Counted from the stretch's first letter, positions 51,270 through 61,463 are shown. The stretch: DNA of 64,000 nucleotides from a candidate division FCPU426 bacterium (GCA_963830915.1 CAWHOE010000046.1:64001-128000); one strand, 5' to 3'. The notes: a model not told the origin generated them from the sequence alone. Made by a program: numbers and translations.

Positions 51270-52733
51270 ATGAGGAAAATTTCCCAGGTCCTTCTCGCGG
51301 CTTTCCTGATCTTCTTTTTCGAGTACAACCCCCGTGTCCATAACGGTCAGGAAAACCTGGCCTACGACCAGTTCGAGTCCGCCAAAGCCGACTTCAACAA
51401 ACAGGACTACTACGCCGCCGCCCGCATGGCCCACCTGGCCAGCCTCAACCGCCCCGATTCGGCTGGCCCCTGGGTGCTTACCGGCCACTGCTTTTACCTG
51501 CTAGGCCAGGACCAGGCCGCGCTCTTCCATTATTCCACCGCCCTTCAGATGGACCCCAAGATCGGCAACCTGCCTCCCTTCCTCGACCGTTTAAGACAAG
51601 GCGCGACCCAGCCCCAGGCCATCGCCAAGGCCGACTCAAGGGTCCTGCGACTGCTCCATAAAAAGATCGGGCAGATGATCATGGTCAGCGTCCCCGGCGT
51701 GGCCCTGTCCGGCCAAAAGAAAACCTTCCTGAACGCGGGGTGGATCGGCGGGGTCATCCTTTTCGGGCAGAACGTGAAATCCCGGGCGCAGATCACCCAG
51801 TACATCACCGATATCCAGCGCAACTCGCCCACGCCCCTTTTCATCGCCGTCGACCAGGAAGGCGGCGCGGTGCGCCGGTTCCGCGAGGCCCAGGGGTTCC
51901 AATGCCTTCCCTCTCAGGCCGCCCTGGGGCAGACCCAGAACGCCGACCTGGCCTATCGTTTCGGCTTGCTCAGCGGGATGCAGTTGAAGGAAGTGGGGGC
52001 CAACCTGAACCTGGCGCCGGTGGTGGATATTGACCGGGGCATCCCTGATTCCATCATCACCCGCTACCGCCGCTCCCTTGGGTCCGACCCGCAGATGGTG
52101 TCCGACCTGGCCTTCCAGATCATCCGGGGCATGAAGGCCCAGAACATCCTGGCCACCGCCAAGCATTTCCCCACCCAATCGGTCCAGACCGCCAACCCCC
52201 ACGACAACATGGCCATCACCAACATCCCCCTGCTGGAGATGGAGCAAAAGGACCTGGTCCCCTACCGGAAGCTCATCGAGCAGAACCTGCTGGACGCCAT
52301 CATGCTGTCCCATGTTATCTATAAGAACATCGACCCCGACCATCCGGCGTCCCTTTCCCACGAGATGATCCAAACCCTGCTTCGCAAGAAGATGGGTTTC
52401 CAGGGGCTGGTGATCTCGGACGACCTGAGGATGGACGCCATCAAACAGCGCTACCCCCTGGACGTCTCGGTGGTCCAGGCGGTGAACGCGGGCGTGGATA
52501 TATTGCTGGTCACGGATAACATGGAAAAACGGGTGATGGACGCCCTGGTGAAAGCGGTCCAAACGGGCCAGGTGTCGATGAAGACCATCAATGAGTCCTA
52601 CCAGCGCATCATGGCCATGAAGAAGAAATACGGGATCCTGACCCCGGCCCCCGGTACCGCCGCGGCCCAGGCCCCGCCCAGCCAACCGGCCCCGAACCGG
52701 TATGTCATGCGCCCGGCGGTAGCACAACCCTAG
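51270..52733 (+). CDS. GH3 glycoside hydrolase (NagZ-like) with N-terminal TPR
   Basis: IGQMIMV, GGVILF, AVDQEGG.V.R, NLAPVVD, AKHFP, HPASLS, VISDDL.M. Confidence 0.88.
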   Translation: MRKISQVLLAAFLIFFFEYNPRVHNGQENLAYDQFESAKADFNKQDYYAAARMAHLASLNRPDSAGPWVLTGHCFYLLGQDQAALFHYSTALQMDPKIGNLPPFLDRLRQGATQPQAIAKADSRVLRLLHKKIGQMIMVSVPGVALSGQKKTFLNAGWIGGVILFGQNVKSRAQITQYITDIQRNSPTPLFIAVDQEGGAVRRFREAQGFQCLPSQAALGQTQNADLAYRFGLLSGMQLKEVGANLNLAPVVDIDRGIPDSIITRYRRSLGSDPQMVSDLAFQIIRGMKAQNILATAKHFPTQSVQTANPHDNMAITNIPLLEMEQKDLVPYRKLIEQNLLDAIMLSHVIYKNIDPDHPASLSHEMIQTLLRKKMGFQGLVISDDLRMDAIKQRYPLDVSVVQAVNAGVDILLVTDNMEKRVMDALVKAVQTGQVSMKTINESYQRIMAMKKKYGILTPAPGTAAAQAPPSQPAPNRYVMRPAVAQP

Positions 52734-52872
52734 GATTTATTGCCCGCCACCAGGTTGCCCAGCCGTATCCCTTCAGAGGAAAACAGATACCCAATACAGC
52801 CACAACCGGCATATCCCCCTTTGACTACCGGCACTTATGTTGAGGCTTCAAGCCGAAACATAGGATTTAGTT

Positions 52873-52908
52873 GTACCGGGCCATTGGATATCAGGGCCCG
52901 GTGCTTTT
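52873..52908 (+). terminator. Possible terminator hairpin after the GH3 gene
   Basis: gtaccgggcc-loop-ggcccggtgc followed by tttt. Confidence 0.45.
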
Positions 52909-52915
52909 GGAGCTT

Positions 52916-53297
52916 TCCACCGGCATTCCCGCCGGCATTTTGGCCTTCCACAGGCACGTTCACCGGCATTCCCACCGGCATTTGGGGCTTCCGCCGGCAC
53001 GTCCACCGGCATTCCCACCGACATTTTGGGCTTCCGCCGGTACGTCCACCGACATTCCCACCGACATTTTGGGCTTCCGCCGGCACGTCCACCGACATTC
53101 CCACCGACATTTTGGGCTTCCGCCGGCACGTCCACCGACATTCCCACCGACATTTTGGGCTTCCGCCGGCACGTCCACCGACATTCCCACCGACATTTTG
53201 GGCTTCCGCCGGCACGTCCACCGACATTCCCACCGACATTTTGGGCTTCCGCCGGCACGTCCACCGACATTCCCACCGGCATTTTGGGCTTCCGCCG
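52916..53297. repeat. Intergenic 43-bp tandem repeat, ~9 copies
   Basis: Unit tccaccgacattcccaccgacattttgggcttccgccggcacg at 52916+43n. No spacers. Confidence 0.95.
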
Positions 53298-53433
53298 GGC
53301 GCCCTAAATTATTTAAATTTTCTGTTTTTGTTTTTGAACAATTCAAAAACACAAAGGATTAAGACAAATTTAAGGTTTGAATCGGTCGGCATTCATCTGA
53401 GTTAGATGGGTTTTGCAAACTACTAGAATGTTG

Positions 53434-55275
53434 TCAGGGTTTGATTACGTTATCATCATCCGGATTTTGGACCAGGAATTGAAGTTCCGCCTCATTCGAG
53501 CGCTTCAACCAATGGCCGCTCGAGTCCCGGGGAACGATGATGAAATAATAATGGTTGCGGTCGCCAGCGATCCTCATCAGGAGGTTCGTATCCGTTTTGT
53601 TGATGTCCTGATAGAACTCGTAAACCCCATCGGATTCACGGCTAAATAGAAGGGTGTATCCAACAGCGTCCGGATCGGAATCCCAATCCACATAGACCTT
53701 CCGGTCCGTCTGTGGGCTGACGTTCAATTTCAACGAGGGTTTTTCGAACAAGGCGTCCAACTGCCTGGTGGAAGGATACCAAAGGTAGGTTCCCAAGACC
53801 TTTTCCTTACCATCACGGTTGACCGATGTGGCTAGCCATTCCCACCCCTGCAGACCCGAAGTATCCGTGACCCAAACCTTGTTCGAATGTTTCGGTTCCA
53901 GGGTCGCCTTCTCAACCCTTCCATTGGGGGATTTGCGGTAAAGGTTGTAACCGACCGTATCAGGATCATCGGTTTCCGGCCAGGACAATTGCAGTCCTAC
54001 CGTGTCGACTTTACCCGTCACCCCATGGGGGACGGACATGTCCGTCACATTTGATTTGGTGTTGTAAATGTTTTGGACACTCTCGTCCACACTTTCTGTC
54101 ACCAGGTAATCCGGTTTGGACGGAAAACTACGTCCTCCCCCGATGCCGATGGCTCGGACCGATATTTTGTAGAGGGTTTCTTGATCATACCCCTTGAAAT
54201 AGTAGATGGGATTCACGACCGGAGGGGAAACAATGGCGGGACGCCCATCGAGTGGCTGGATGATGACCTCATAGGCTTGGACCGGTCCCCTGGACTTTTC
54301 CCATCTTATCTCCAGGGCCTGCGGCGTTTGGACGGTAGAGACATATTTGGGGGAATTCGGTTCTCCGCCCGACATCCAAGGGCCATCCCAACGGACTATC
54401 CCTGAGAAGCGATGGACCGAGCCAAGTAAATTATAGGGTTCGAAGGCATAATCCAATTGAACAAAGGAAACCTGTACGCCAGCCCCGCAGGAGAAACCCT
54501 CATCATCCGAGTTGGTCAAATAACCGGCCCGTAAGGCGAACTCATTTCGGAACCAATATTCAGCGCCGAAACCAGCCCGCTCAGTATTGGTAATGACGTT
54601 GTAATTGACATCAGCCGCGATGTTCAATGTATGCATGGGCAATTCAACCGCGGTCCAGGCCAAACCCACGTTAATGGCGGTCGGAAGAGGCTCGGAGCTG
54701 GCCATTTTGATCCCAGGACCTATATTCATGCCCGAGGCGGCCAAAGTGAAGGTAGGAAGGATACGGTAACGAAGACCCACATCGAAACCCAAACCGCTTC
54801 CCTGGACCGTATCGATCTTTCGCGAGATATATTTCACCGCCGCGCCCACATGCAGATCGTAGAAGGACTTTCCCCAACCCCCGATAAGCGCCATATCCTG
54901 AACGGAAGAGGACTCGGCGGAAGAATTAGCCGTGCTATTGAAAGGCGCCGTTCCCATCCCCAGATAGCCCAAACCCAAAACTCCCATATCGCCGACCGGA
55001 AGGGCCATCCCAATGAAGTCATAACCAATATCAGCGATGAAGCTCTCGTGTCCATAGCCGATCTCCGGCATGCGGATGTTCGCCAGACCGGCCGGATTGA
55101 ACGAAAGCGTGTTGATATCGTCCGCGACCGCGCTGAAAGCCTGACCCATCCCATCCGGTCTCGCTCCCGTGGTCATCAATAAGAAATCAGCCCCGGTCGT
55201 CAGAGGCGTGGCAAGGACATGGCTGGTTCCGGTCGTCAAAAGGATCAAGAACAGAAGGATCGCGCGCTTGTTCAT
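53434..55275 (-). CDS. PorV/PorQ-like beta-barrel with C-terminal FN3-like domains
   Basis: FLLMTTGARPDGMGQAFSAVADD.....NPAGL; LDYAFEPYNLLGSVHRFS; then PNSP..V....LEIRWE...YKISVRA and LQLSW...VGYNLYR. Confidence 0.82.
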   Translation of the reverse strand: MNKRAILLFLILLTTGTSHVLATPLTTGADFLLMTTGARPDGMGQAFSAVADDINTLSFNPAGLANIRMPEIGYGHESFIADIGYDFIGMALPVGDMGVLGLGYLGMGTAPFNSTANSSAESSSVQDMALIGGWGKSFYDLHVGAAVKYISRKIDTVQGSGLGFDVGLRYRILPTFTLAASGMNIGPGIKMASSEPLPTAINVGLAWTAVELPMHTLNIAADVNYNVITNTERAGFGAEYWFRNEFALRAGYLTNSDDEGFSCGAGVQVSFVQLDYAFEPYNLLGSVHRFSGIVRWDGPWMSGGEPNSPKYVSTVQTPQALEIRWEKSRGPVQAYEVIIQPLDGRPAIVSPPVVNPIYYFKGYDQETLYKISVRAIGIGGGRSFPSKPDYLVTESVDESVQNIYNTKSNVTDMSVPHGVTGKVDTVGLQLSWPETDDPDTVGYNLYRKSPNGRVEKATLEPKHSNKVWVTDTSGLQGWEWLATSVNRDGKEKVLGTYLWYPSTRQLDALFEKPSLKLNVSPQTDRKVYVDWDSDPDAVGYTLLFSRESDGVYEFYQDINKTDTNLLMRIAGDRNHYYFIIVPRDSSGHWLKRSNEAELQFLVQNPDDDNVIKP

Positions 55276-58200
55276 TCTTTCACCACCGATACTTTCTTGA
55301 ACTCAACCCTTTTCGGTTCTATGACAGCGACAATGTAAAGACCCGAATAGACCGACTCCCCATTGTCATCCTTACCATCCCAATAAACCGTATAGGAACC
55401 GGCAGGCAGGGTTAGGTCGGATAGATGGCGGATCGTGGTGCCTCGAACGTTGTAGACCCTTATCTGGACATCCCCTCCCTCGATGTCCCAGTAATCGATC
55501 CTCAAAGGCGGATCAGTGACCGAATTGAACCTATTTGAACCAAGGGCCAGGGATATGGCGACGGTCGGGGTCGCGGTGAAGGTATAGGTGGCTGTGTAAT
55601 TGGGCGTGGCCGTATTGGTCGCGGTTGTTGTGTTGGTGGGCGACAAGGTCGGCGTCCTCGTGTAGGTAAAGGTCGGAGTGAATGTCAGTGTGGGGCTGTT
55701 ACTGGCCGTCGCCGAATTGGTGGGCGTGAAGGTGTTGGTTACCGTACATGTGTTGGTCGGGGTAAAGGTGCAAGTGGTCGTGGCCGTGTTGGTGGTCGTG
55801 TCAGTGGATGTATTGGTCGCGGTATTGGTCGCGGTATTCGTCGGGGTATTGGTCATTGTGTTGGTCGACGTGTTCGTGGGCGTGTCGGTATTGGTGATGG
55901 TAGCCGTATTGGTCGGAGTGTTCGTGGGCGTCGAGGTGGCCGTATTGGTGGCCGTATCGGTCACCGTATTCGTTGCCGTAGTGGTAGCCGTATTGGTGGG
56001 TGTATCGGTCGTTGTATTCGTGGAAGTATCGGTGACCGTATTGGTCGGGGTGTTGGTAGCCGTATCGGTGCCGGTATTGGTCGCGGTGTCAGTAGAAGTG
56101 ACCGTCGTGGTGTTGGTCGCTGTATTGGTCGGCGTATTGGTAGCCGTATCCGTCGTGGTGTTCGTCGCGGAATTAGTAGGCGTGTTGGTGGCCGTATTGG
56201 TGGGCGTGTCGGTATTGATATTGGTCCAGGTGTTGGTCGCCGTATTCGTCGGAGTGTTGGTAAAGGTACTGGTCGCGGTATCGGTCGTCGTATTGGTAAC
56301 GGTATTAGTTACCGTATTGGTCGCTGTATCTGTCGGAGTGTTCGTCACCGTGTTAGTGGCCGTATCCGTCGTTGTGTTGGTAACCGTGTTCGTCGCGGTA
56401 TTCGTAGCCGTATCAGTACCTGTATTCGTCGAAGTCGCCGTGGCCGTGTTGGTTGGCGTATCCGTCGAGATTCCAGTTGCTGTATTGGTAGCCGTATCCG
56501 TCGGAGTGTTCGTCACCGTGTTAGTGGCAGTATCCGTCGTTGTGTTGGTGACCGTGTTCGTAGCGGTATTGGTAGCCGTATCAGTACCCGTATTCGTCGA
56601 TGTCGCCGTGGCCGTGTTGGTCGGCGTATCCGTTGAGATTCCAGTTGCTGTATTGGTAGCCGAATCCGTCGGAGTGTTCGTCACCGTGTTAGTGGCGGTA
56701 GCTGTCGTTGTGTTGGTGACCGTGTTCGTCGCGGTGTTAGTAGCTGTATCAGTGCCAGTGTTCGTCGAAGTCGACGTGGCTGTGTTGGTCGGTGTATCCG
56801 TCGAGATTCCAGTTGCTGTATTGGTAGCCGTATCCGTCGGAGTGTTCGTCACCGTGTTAGTGGCGGTATCCGTCGTCGTATTCGTTACCGTGTTCGTAGC
56901 GGTATTCGTAGCCGTATCAGTACCCGTATTTGTCGATGTCGCCGTGGCAGTGTTGGTCGGCGTATCTGTCGAAACGCCAGTCGCGGTGTTTGTAGCCGTA
57001 TTCGTTGGTGTGCCGGTCGATGTGCTGGTAGCCGTATCCGTCGTTGTATTCGTGACCGTGTTCGTCGCGGTGTTAGTAGCTGTATCAGTGCCAGTGTTCG
57101 TTGAAGTCGCCGTGGCAGTGTTGGTCGGCGTATCTGTTGAGATTCCAGTCGCTGTATTGGTAGCCGTATCCGTCGGTGTGTTGGTCAATGTGTTAGTGGC
57201 GGTATCCGTCGTGGTATTCGTTACCGTGTTAGTTGCGGTATTCGTAGCCGTATCAGTACCCGTATTCGTCGATGTCGCCGTGGCCGTGTTGGTTGGCGTA
57301 TCCGTCGAAACGCCAGTTGCGGTGTTTGTGGCTGTATTCGTTGGTGTATTCGTAAATGTGCTGGTAGCTGTATCGGTCGTCGTATTCGTTACCGTGTTCG
57401 TCGCTGTATTTGTGGCCGTATCAGTACCTGTGTTCGTCGAAGTCGACGTGGCTGTGTTGGTCGGTGTATCCGTTGAGATTCCAGTCGCTGTATTGGTAGC
57501 CGTATCCGTCGGAGTGTTCGTCACCGTGTTAGTGGCGGTATTCGTAGCCGTATCAGTACCCGTATTTGTCGATGTCGCCGTGGCAGTGTTGGTCGGCGTA
57601 TCTGTCGAAACGCCAGTCGCGGTGTTTGTAGCCGTATTCGTTGGTGTGCCGGTCGATGTGCTGGTAGCCGTATCCGTCGTTGTATTCGTGACCGTGTTCG
57701 TCGCGGTGTTAGTAGCTGTATCAGTGCCAGTGTTCGTTGAAGTCGCCGTGGCAGTGTTGGTCGGCGTATCTGTTGAGATTCCAGTCGCTGTATTGGTAGC
57801 CGTATCCGTCGGTGTGTTGGTCAATGTGTTAGTGGCGGTATCCGTCGTGGTATTCGTTACCGTGTTAGTTGCGGTATTCGTAGCCGTATCAGTACCCGTA
57901 TTCGTCGATGTCGCCGTGGCCGTGTTGGTTGGCGTATCCGTCGAAACGCCAGTTGCGGTGTTTGTGGCTGTATTCGTTGGTGTATTCGTAAATGTGCTGG
58001 TAGCTGTATCGGTCGTCGTATTCGTTACCGTGTTCGTCGCTGTATTTGTGGCCGTATCAGTACCTGTGTTCGTCGAAGTCGACGTGGCTGTGTTGGTCGG
58101 TGTATCCGTTGAGATTCCAGTCGCTGTATTGGTAGCCGTATCCGTCGGAGTGTTCGTCACCGTGTTAGTGGCGGTATTCGTAGCCGTATCAGTACCCGTA

Positions 58201-61200
58201 TTTGTCGATGTCGCCGTGGCAGTGTTGGTCGGCGTATCTGTCGAAACGCCAGTCGCGGTGTTTGTAGCCGTATTCGTTGGTGTGCCGGTCGATGTGCTGG
58301 TAGCCGTGTCCGTCGTAGTATTCGTGGCAGAATTGGTCGCCGTGTTAGTGGCCGTATCAGTACCCGTATTTGTCGATGTCGCCGTGGCCGTGTTAGTCGG
58401 TGTATCCGTTGAGATTCCAGTTGCTGTATTGGTTGGCGTATCCGTCGGAGTGTTGGTCATTGTGTTAGTGGCCGTATCGGTCGTTGTATTCGTTACCGTA
58501 TTTGTCGCGGTGTTGGTAGCCGTATCAGTACCAGTGTTCGTTGAAGTCGCCGTGGCCGTGTTGGTCGGCGTATCCGTCGAGATTCCAGTTGCTGTATTGG
58601 TAGCCGTATCCGTCGGTGTGTTGGTCAATGTGTTAGTGGCGGTATCCGTCGTGGTATTCGTTACCGTGTCAGTTGCGGTATTCGTAGCCGTATCAGTACC
58701 CGTATTCGTCGATGTCGCCGTGGCAGTGTTGGTCGGCGTATCTGTTGAAATTACTGTCGCTGTATTGGTCGGCGTATCCGTAATGGTCGAGGTCGCTGTA
58801 TCCGTACCCGTGTTTGTAACGGTATTGGTGGATGTATTCGTCGCAGTATTCGTCGCCGTGTCAGCCGAAGTATTGGTTGAGGTGGCTGTAGCCGTATTGG
58901 TCGGCGTATCCGTAATGGTCGAGGTCGCAGTATCTGTTCCTGTATTTGTAACTGTGTTAGTAGAAGTATTCGTCGCAGTATTCGTTGCCGTGTCAGCCGG
59001 GGTATTGGTTGATGTCGCCGTAGCCGTATTGGTTGGCGTATCCGTAATGGTCGAGGTCGCCGTATCCGTACCCGTGTTTGTGGCGGTATCGGTGGATGTA
59101 TTCGTCGCAGTATTCGTCGCCGTGTCAACCGGGGTATTGGTTGATGTCGCCGTAGCCGTATTGGTTGGCGTATCCGTAATGGTCGAGGTCGCCGTATCCG
59201 TACCCGTGTTTGTAACGGTATTGGTGGATGTATTCGTCGCCGTATTAGTCGCCGTGTCAGCCGGGGTATTGGTCGATGTCGCCGTAGCTGTATTGGTTGG
59301 CGTATCCGTAATGGTCGAGGTCGCCGTATCCGTACCCGTGTTCGTCGCTGAGTTGGTGGCCGTAGTGGTCGCCGTATCGGTAGTCGTATTGGTGACTGTA
59401 TTGGTCACTGTATTGGTCGCGGTATCCGCAGCGGTATTCGTCGAGGTGAGCGTGGCTGTGTTGGTCGGTGTATCAGTAATAGTCGAAGTAGCCGTGTCCG
59501 TCCCCGTATTGGTCGCTGAATTGGTGGCCGTATTGGTCGCGGTATTGGTGGCCGTATCCGCAGCGGTATTTGTCGAAGTGAGCGTGGCTGTGTTGGTTGG
59601 GGTATCGGTAATGGTAGCGGTAGCCGTGTCCGTGCCCGTATTCGTTGCTGAATTGGTGGCCGTATTGGTCGCGGTATTGGTGGCGGTATCCGCAGCGGTA
59701 TTTGTCGAAGTGAGCGTGGCTGTGTTGGTTGGGGTATCGGTAATAGTGGCGGTAGCCGTGTCCGTCCCCGTATTCGTCGCCGAGTTGGTGGCAGTATTGG
59801 TCACGGTATTGGTCGCCGTATCCGCAACGGTATTTGTCGAAGTGAGCGTGGCTGTGTTGGTTGGGGTATCGGTAATAGTGGCGGTAGCCGTGTCCGTACC
59901 CGTATTCGTCGCTGAGTTGGTGGCCGTATTGGTAGCCGAGGAAGTTGGTGTATCGGTGGCCGTGTCAGTTCCTGTCGAGGTGACGGTTTGAGTATCCGTG
60001 TTAGTTGGGGTTTCGGTTGCCGAATTGGTTGGGCTATCGGTAGGGGTATTGGTCAGGGTAATGGTCGCCGTATCTGTAGGTGTTAAAGTGGGCGTTGGTG
60101 TCGCGGTATCGGTGGGGGAATTTGTTCCCGTATTAGTCGTTGTATTAGTAGGTGTATCAGTAAATGACGTAGTTGTAGTATTGGTCGCCGTATCGGTAGA
60201 GGTGAAAGTCCCGGTCTGGGTTTCGGTGAAAGTCGCCGTGGAAGTAGTCGTATTCGTTGCTGTCAGGGTTGGCGTTAAGGTAGGTGTGGGAGTCGCCAAA
60301 ACCACCGTGATATTCGCTCCTGTCAGAGGGAAAGTCCCTGACACAACGATCGGTTTTTCTAAAGTGGTATCGGTCCCAACGATCTTGATCGATGAAGCAA
60401 TTTGACTTCCATAGGTTCCCGTCGCGGCATTGCCGGCGAAATCATAAGAAATCAAATAATCCTGGGTAACTCCGGCACCCAAGCTATCCAAGGGGAATCC
60501 CCCCAACGTAGCCGCGTGGCTAGAGGCGGAATAACGTGACTCAGTAAGCCAATTGACACTTCCATCCACTACCCCAGCGTGATCATCATCTTGCCATAAA
60601 GAAGCCGTAACCCCCTGATCGTTCCCCGAGGAATTCAGAATGATGTAGCTGATATCAATCGTGTCCACCCCAGGGTTACCGATCTGGAAATGCATCACAG
60701 GTACATCAACCGTCCCGGCAATAACAGAGGTATCTGCCGGGGTGAGGGTGGAAATCGCCACGAACAGCGTAGGCAGGGTCGCGGTGGAAGTGGCAGTGGC
60801 CGTAAATGTCTGGGTCGGGGTGTTGGTGGGTGTGAATGTTATGGTCGGAGTGTCGGTCGTGGTCGGTGTGTAGGTTGGTGTTGGGGTCGCGATCGTGATC
60901 GTCGCCCCGTTCAGCGGAAAAAGTCCATTCACTTGTATGGCCGTTCCAGTCGAATCACCCGCACCAGTCACTTGAATAGCGGCCAAGATAGCAGTCGTAT
61001 AAGCTCCTGGCGGAGCGGTCGATGAAAAATCATAGGAAACGACATAATCTTCGCTTGTGCCTTGCGCGATGGTATCGAGGGGATACCCGGGATCTGAAAA
61101 AACAACCGAACCTCCGGTGGCTACGTGATACTTTCCCCCAGCCAGCCAATTGACGCTCCCATCCACCACTCCAGCTTGATCCACATCCTGATAAAGATCC

Positions 61201-61463
61201 ACTTCAGAGATCTTAGTGTCATTTCCCGTTTCAGTCGCCGGAGCGGAAACCGTGATGGAAGATAAAGTGACATCTTCCGAACCATTATTGGTGATACGGA
61301 TATGTAAAAGGGCGACATTTGAAGTGCCCGCGAGGAGGGTGGAATCAGGGGGAACGGGGGCGACAATGGAAACGCCTAATTGGATCTGAGCCCAGGCAGT
61401 AGTTGCCGTGAAAACACAGATAACACAGAGCGCGGTAAAAAAGCGGTGGAAGTTTTTTATCAT
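55272..61463 (-). CDS. Giant secreted Thr-rich repeat surface protein with two Ig-like N-terminal domains and a C-terminal FlgD-Ig/T9SS-CTD-like domain
   Basis: Signal peptide; ~1550-aa alternating-Thr tract; tail VYNVRG...YWDGKDDNG..VYSGLY...KKVSVVKE. Confidence 0.85.
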   Translation of the reverse strand: MIKNFHRFFTALCVICVFTATTAWAQIQLGVSIVAPVPPDSTLLAGTSNVALLHIRITNNGSEDVTLSSITVSAPATETGNDTKISEVDLYQDVDQAGVVDGSVNWLAGGKYHVATGGSVVFSDPGYPLDTIAQGTSEDYVVSYDFSSTAPPGAYTTAILAAIQVTGAGDSTGTAIQVNGLFPLNGATITIATPTPTYTPTTTDTPTITFTPTNTPTQTFTATATSTATLPTLFVAISTLTPADTSVIAGTVDVPVMHFQIGNPGVDTIDISYIILNSSGNDQGVTASLWQDDDHAGVVDGSVNWLTESRYSASSHAATLGGFPLDSLGAGVTQDYLISYDFAGNAATGTYGSQIASSIKIVGTDTTLEKPIVVSGTFPLTGANITVVLATPTPTLTPTLTATNTTTSTATFTETQTGTFTSTDTATNTTTTSFTDTPTNTTTNTGTNSPTDTATPTPTLTPTDTATITLTNTPTDSPTNSATETPTNTDTQTVTSTGTDTATDTPTSSATNTATNSATNTGTDTATATITDTPTNTATLTSTNTVADTATNTVTNTATNSATNTGTDTATATITDTPTNTATLTSTNTAADTATNTATNTATNSATNTGTDTATATITDTPTNTATLTSTNTAADTATNTATNTATNSATNTGTDTATSTITDTPTNTATLTSTNTAADTATNTVTNTVTNTTTDTATTTATNSATNTGTDTATSTITDTPTNTATATSTNTPADTATNTATNTSTNTVTNTGTDTATSTITDTPTNTATATSTNTPVDTATNTATNTSTDTATNTGTDTATSTITDTPTNTATATSTNTPADTATNTATNTSTNTVTNTGTDTATSTITDTPTNTATATSTNTSADTATNTATNTSTNTVTNTGTDTATSTITDTPTNTATVISTDTPTNTATATSTNTGTDTATNTATDTVTNTTTDTATNTLTNTPTDTATNTATGISTDTPTNTATATSTNTGTDTATNTATNTVTNTTTDTATNTMTNTPTDTPTNTATGISTDTPTNTATATSTNTGTDTATNTATNSATNTTTDTATSTSTGTPTNTATNTATGVSTDTPTNTATATSTNTGTDTATNTATNTVTNTPTDTATNTATGISTDTPTNTATSTSTNTGTDTATNTATNTVTNTTTDTATSTFTNTPTNTATNTATGVSTDTPTNTATATSTNTGTDTATNTATNTVTNTTTDTATNTLTNTPTDTATNTATGISTDTPTNTATATSTNTGTDTATNTATNTVTNTTTDTATSTSTGTPTNTATNTATGVSTDTPTNTATATSTNTGTDTATNTATNTVTNTPTDTATNTATGISTDTPTNTATSTSTNTGTDTATNTATNTVTNTTTDTATSTFTNTPTNTATNTATGVSTDTPTNTATATSTNTGTDTATNTATNTVTNTTTDTATNTLTNTPTDTATNTATGISTDTPTNTATATSTNTGTDTATNTATNTVTNTTTDTATSTSTGTPTNTATNTATGVSTDTPTNTATATSTNTGTDTATNTATNTVTNTTTDTATNTVTNTPTDTATNTATGISTDTPTNTATSTSTNTGTDTATNTATNTVTNTTTATATNTVTNTPTDSATNTATGISTDTPTNTATATSTNTGTDTATNTATNTVTNTTTDTATNTVTNTPTDTATNTATGISTDTPTNTATATSTNTGTDTATNTATNTVTNTTTDTATNTVTNTPTDTATNTVTNTVTNTTTDTATSTFTNTPTNTATNTWTNINTDTPTNTATNTPTNSATNTTTDTATNTPTNTATNTTTVTSTDTATNTGTDTATNTPTNTVTDTSTNTTTDTPTNTATTTATNTVTDTATNTATSTPTNTPTNTATITNTDTPTNTSTNTMTNTPTNTATNTATNTSTDTTTNTATTTCTFTPTNTCTVTNTFTPTNSATASNSPTLTFTPTFTYTRTPTLSPTNTTTATNTATPNYTATYTFTATPTVAISLALGSNRFNSVTDPPLRIDYWDIEGGDVQIRVYNVRGTTIRHLSDLTLPAGSYTVYWDGKDDNGESVYSGLYIVAVIEPKRVEFKKVSVVKE
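56899..58307. repeat. Near-exact 636-bp tandem duplication (~2.2 copies) inside the 2063-aa gene
   Basis: Same sequence at 56905, 57541 and 58177. Confidence 0.88.

Noticed and set aside
52916..53297. CRISPR array
   Set aside because: Units are contiguous with no unique spacers, and there are no cas genes in the window.
52740..53405. Several overlapping ORFs across the 43-bp array
   Set aside because: The unit has no stop codons in most frames, and the peptides just cycle through frames every 129 bp.
55678..59991. 1437-aa Val/Ala-rich plus-strand ORF, and similar ones at 9456-13361, 42793-43464 and 59998-60405
   Set aside because: Antisense shadows of the Thr-rich repeats, whose codon pattern leaves one reverse frame stop-free. 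No RBS or domain content.
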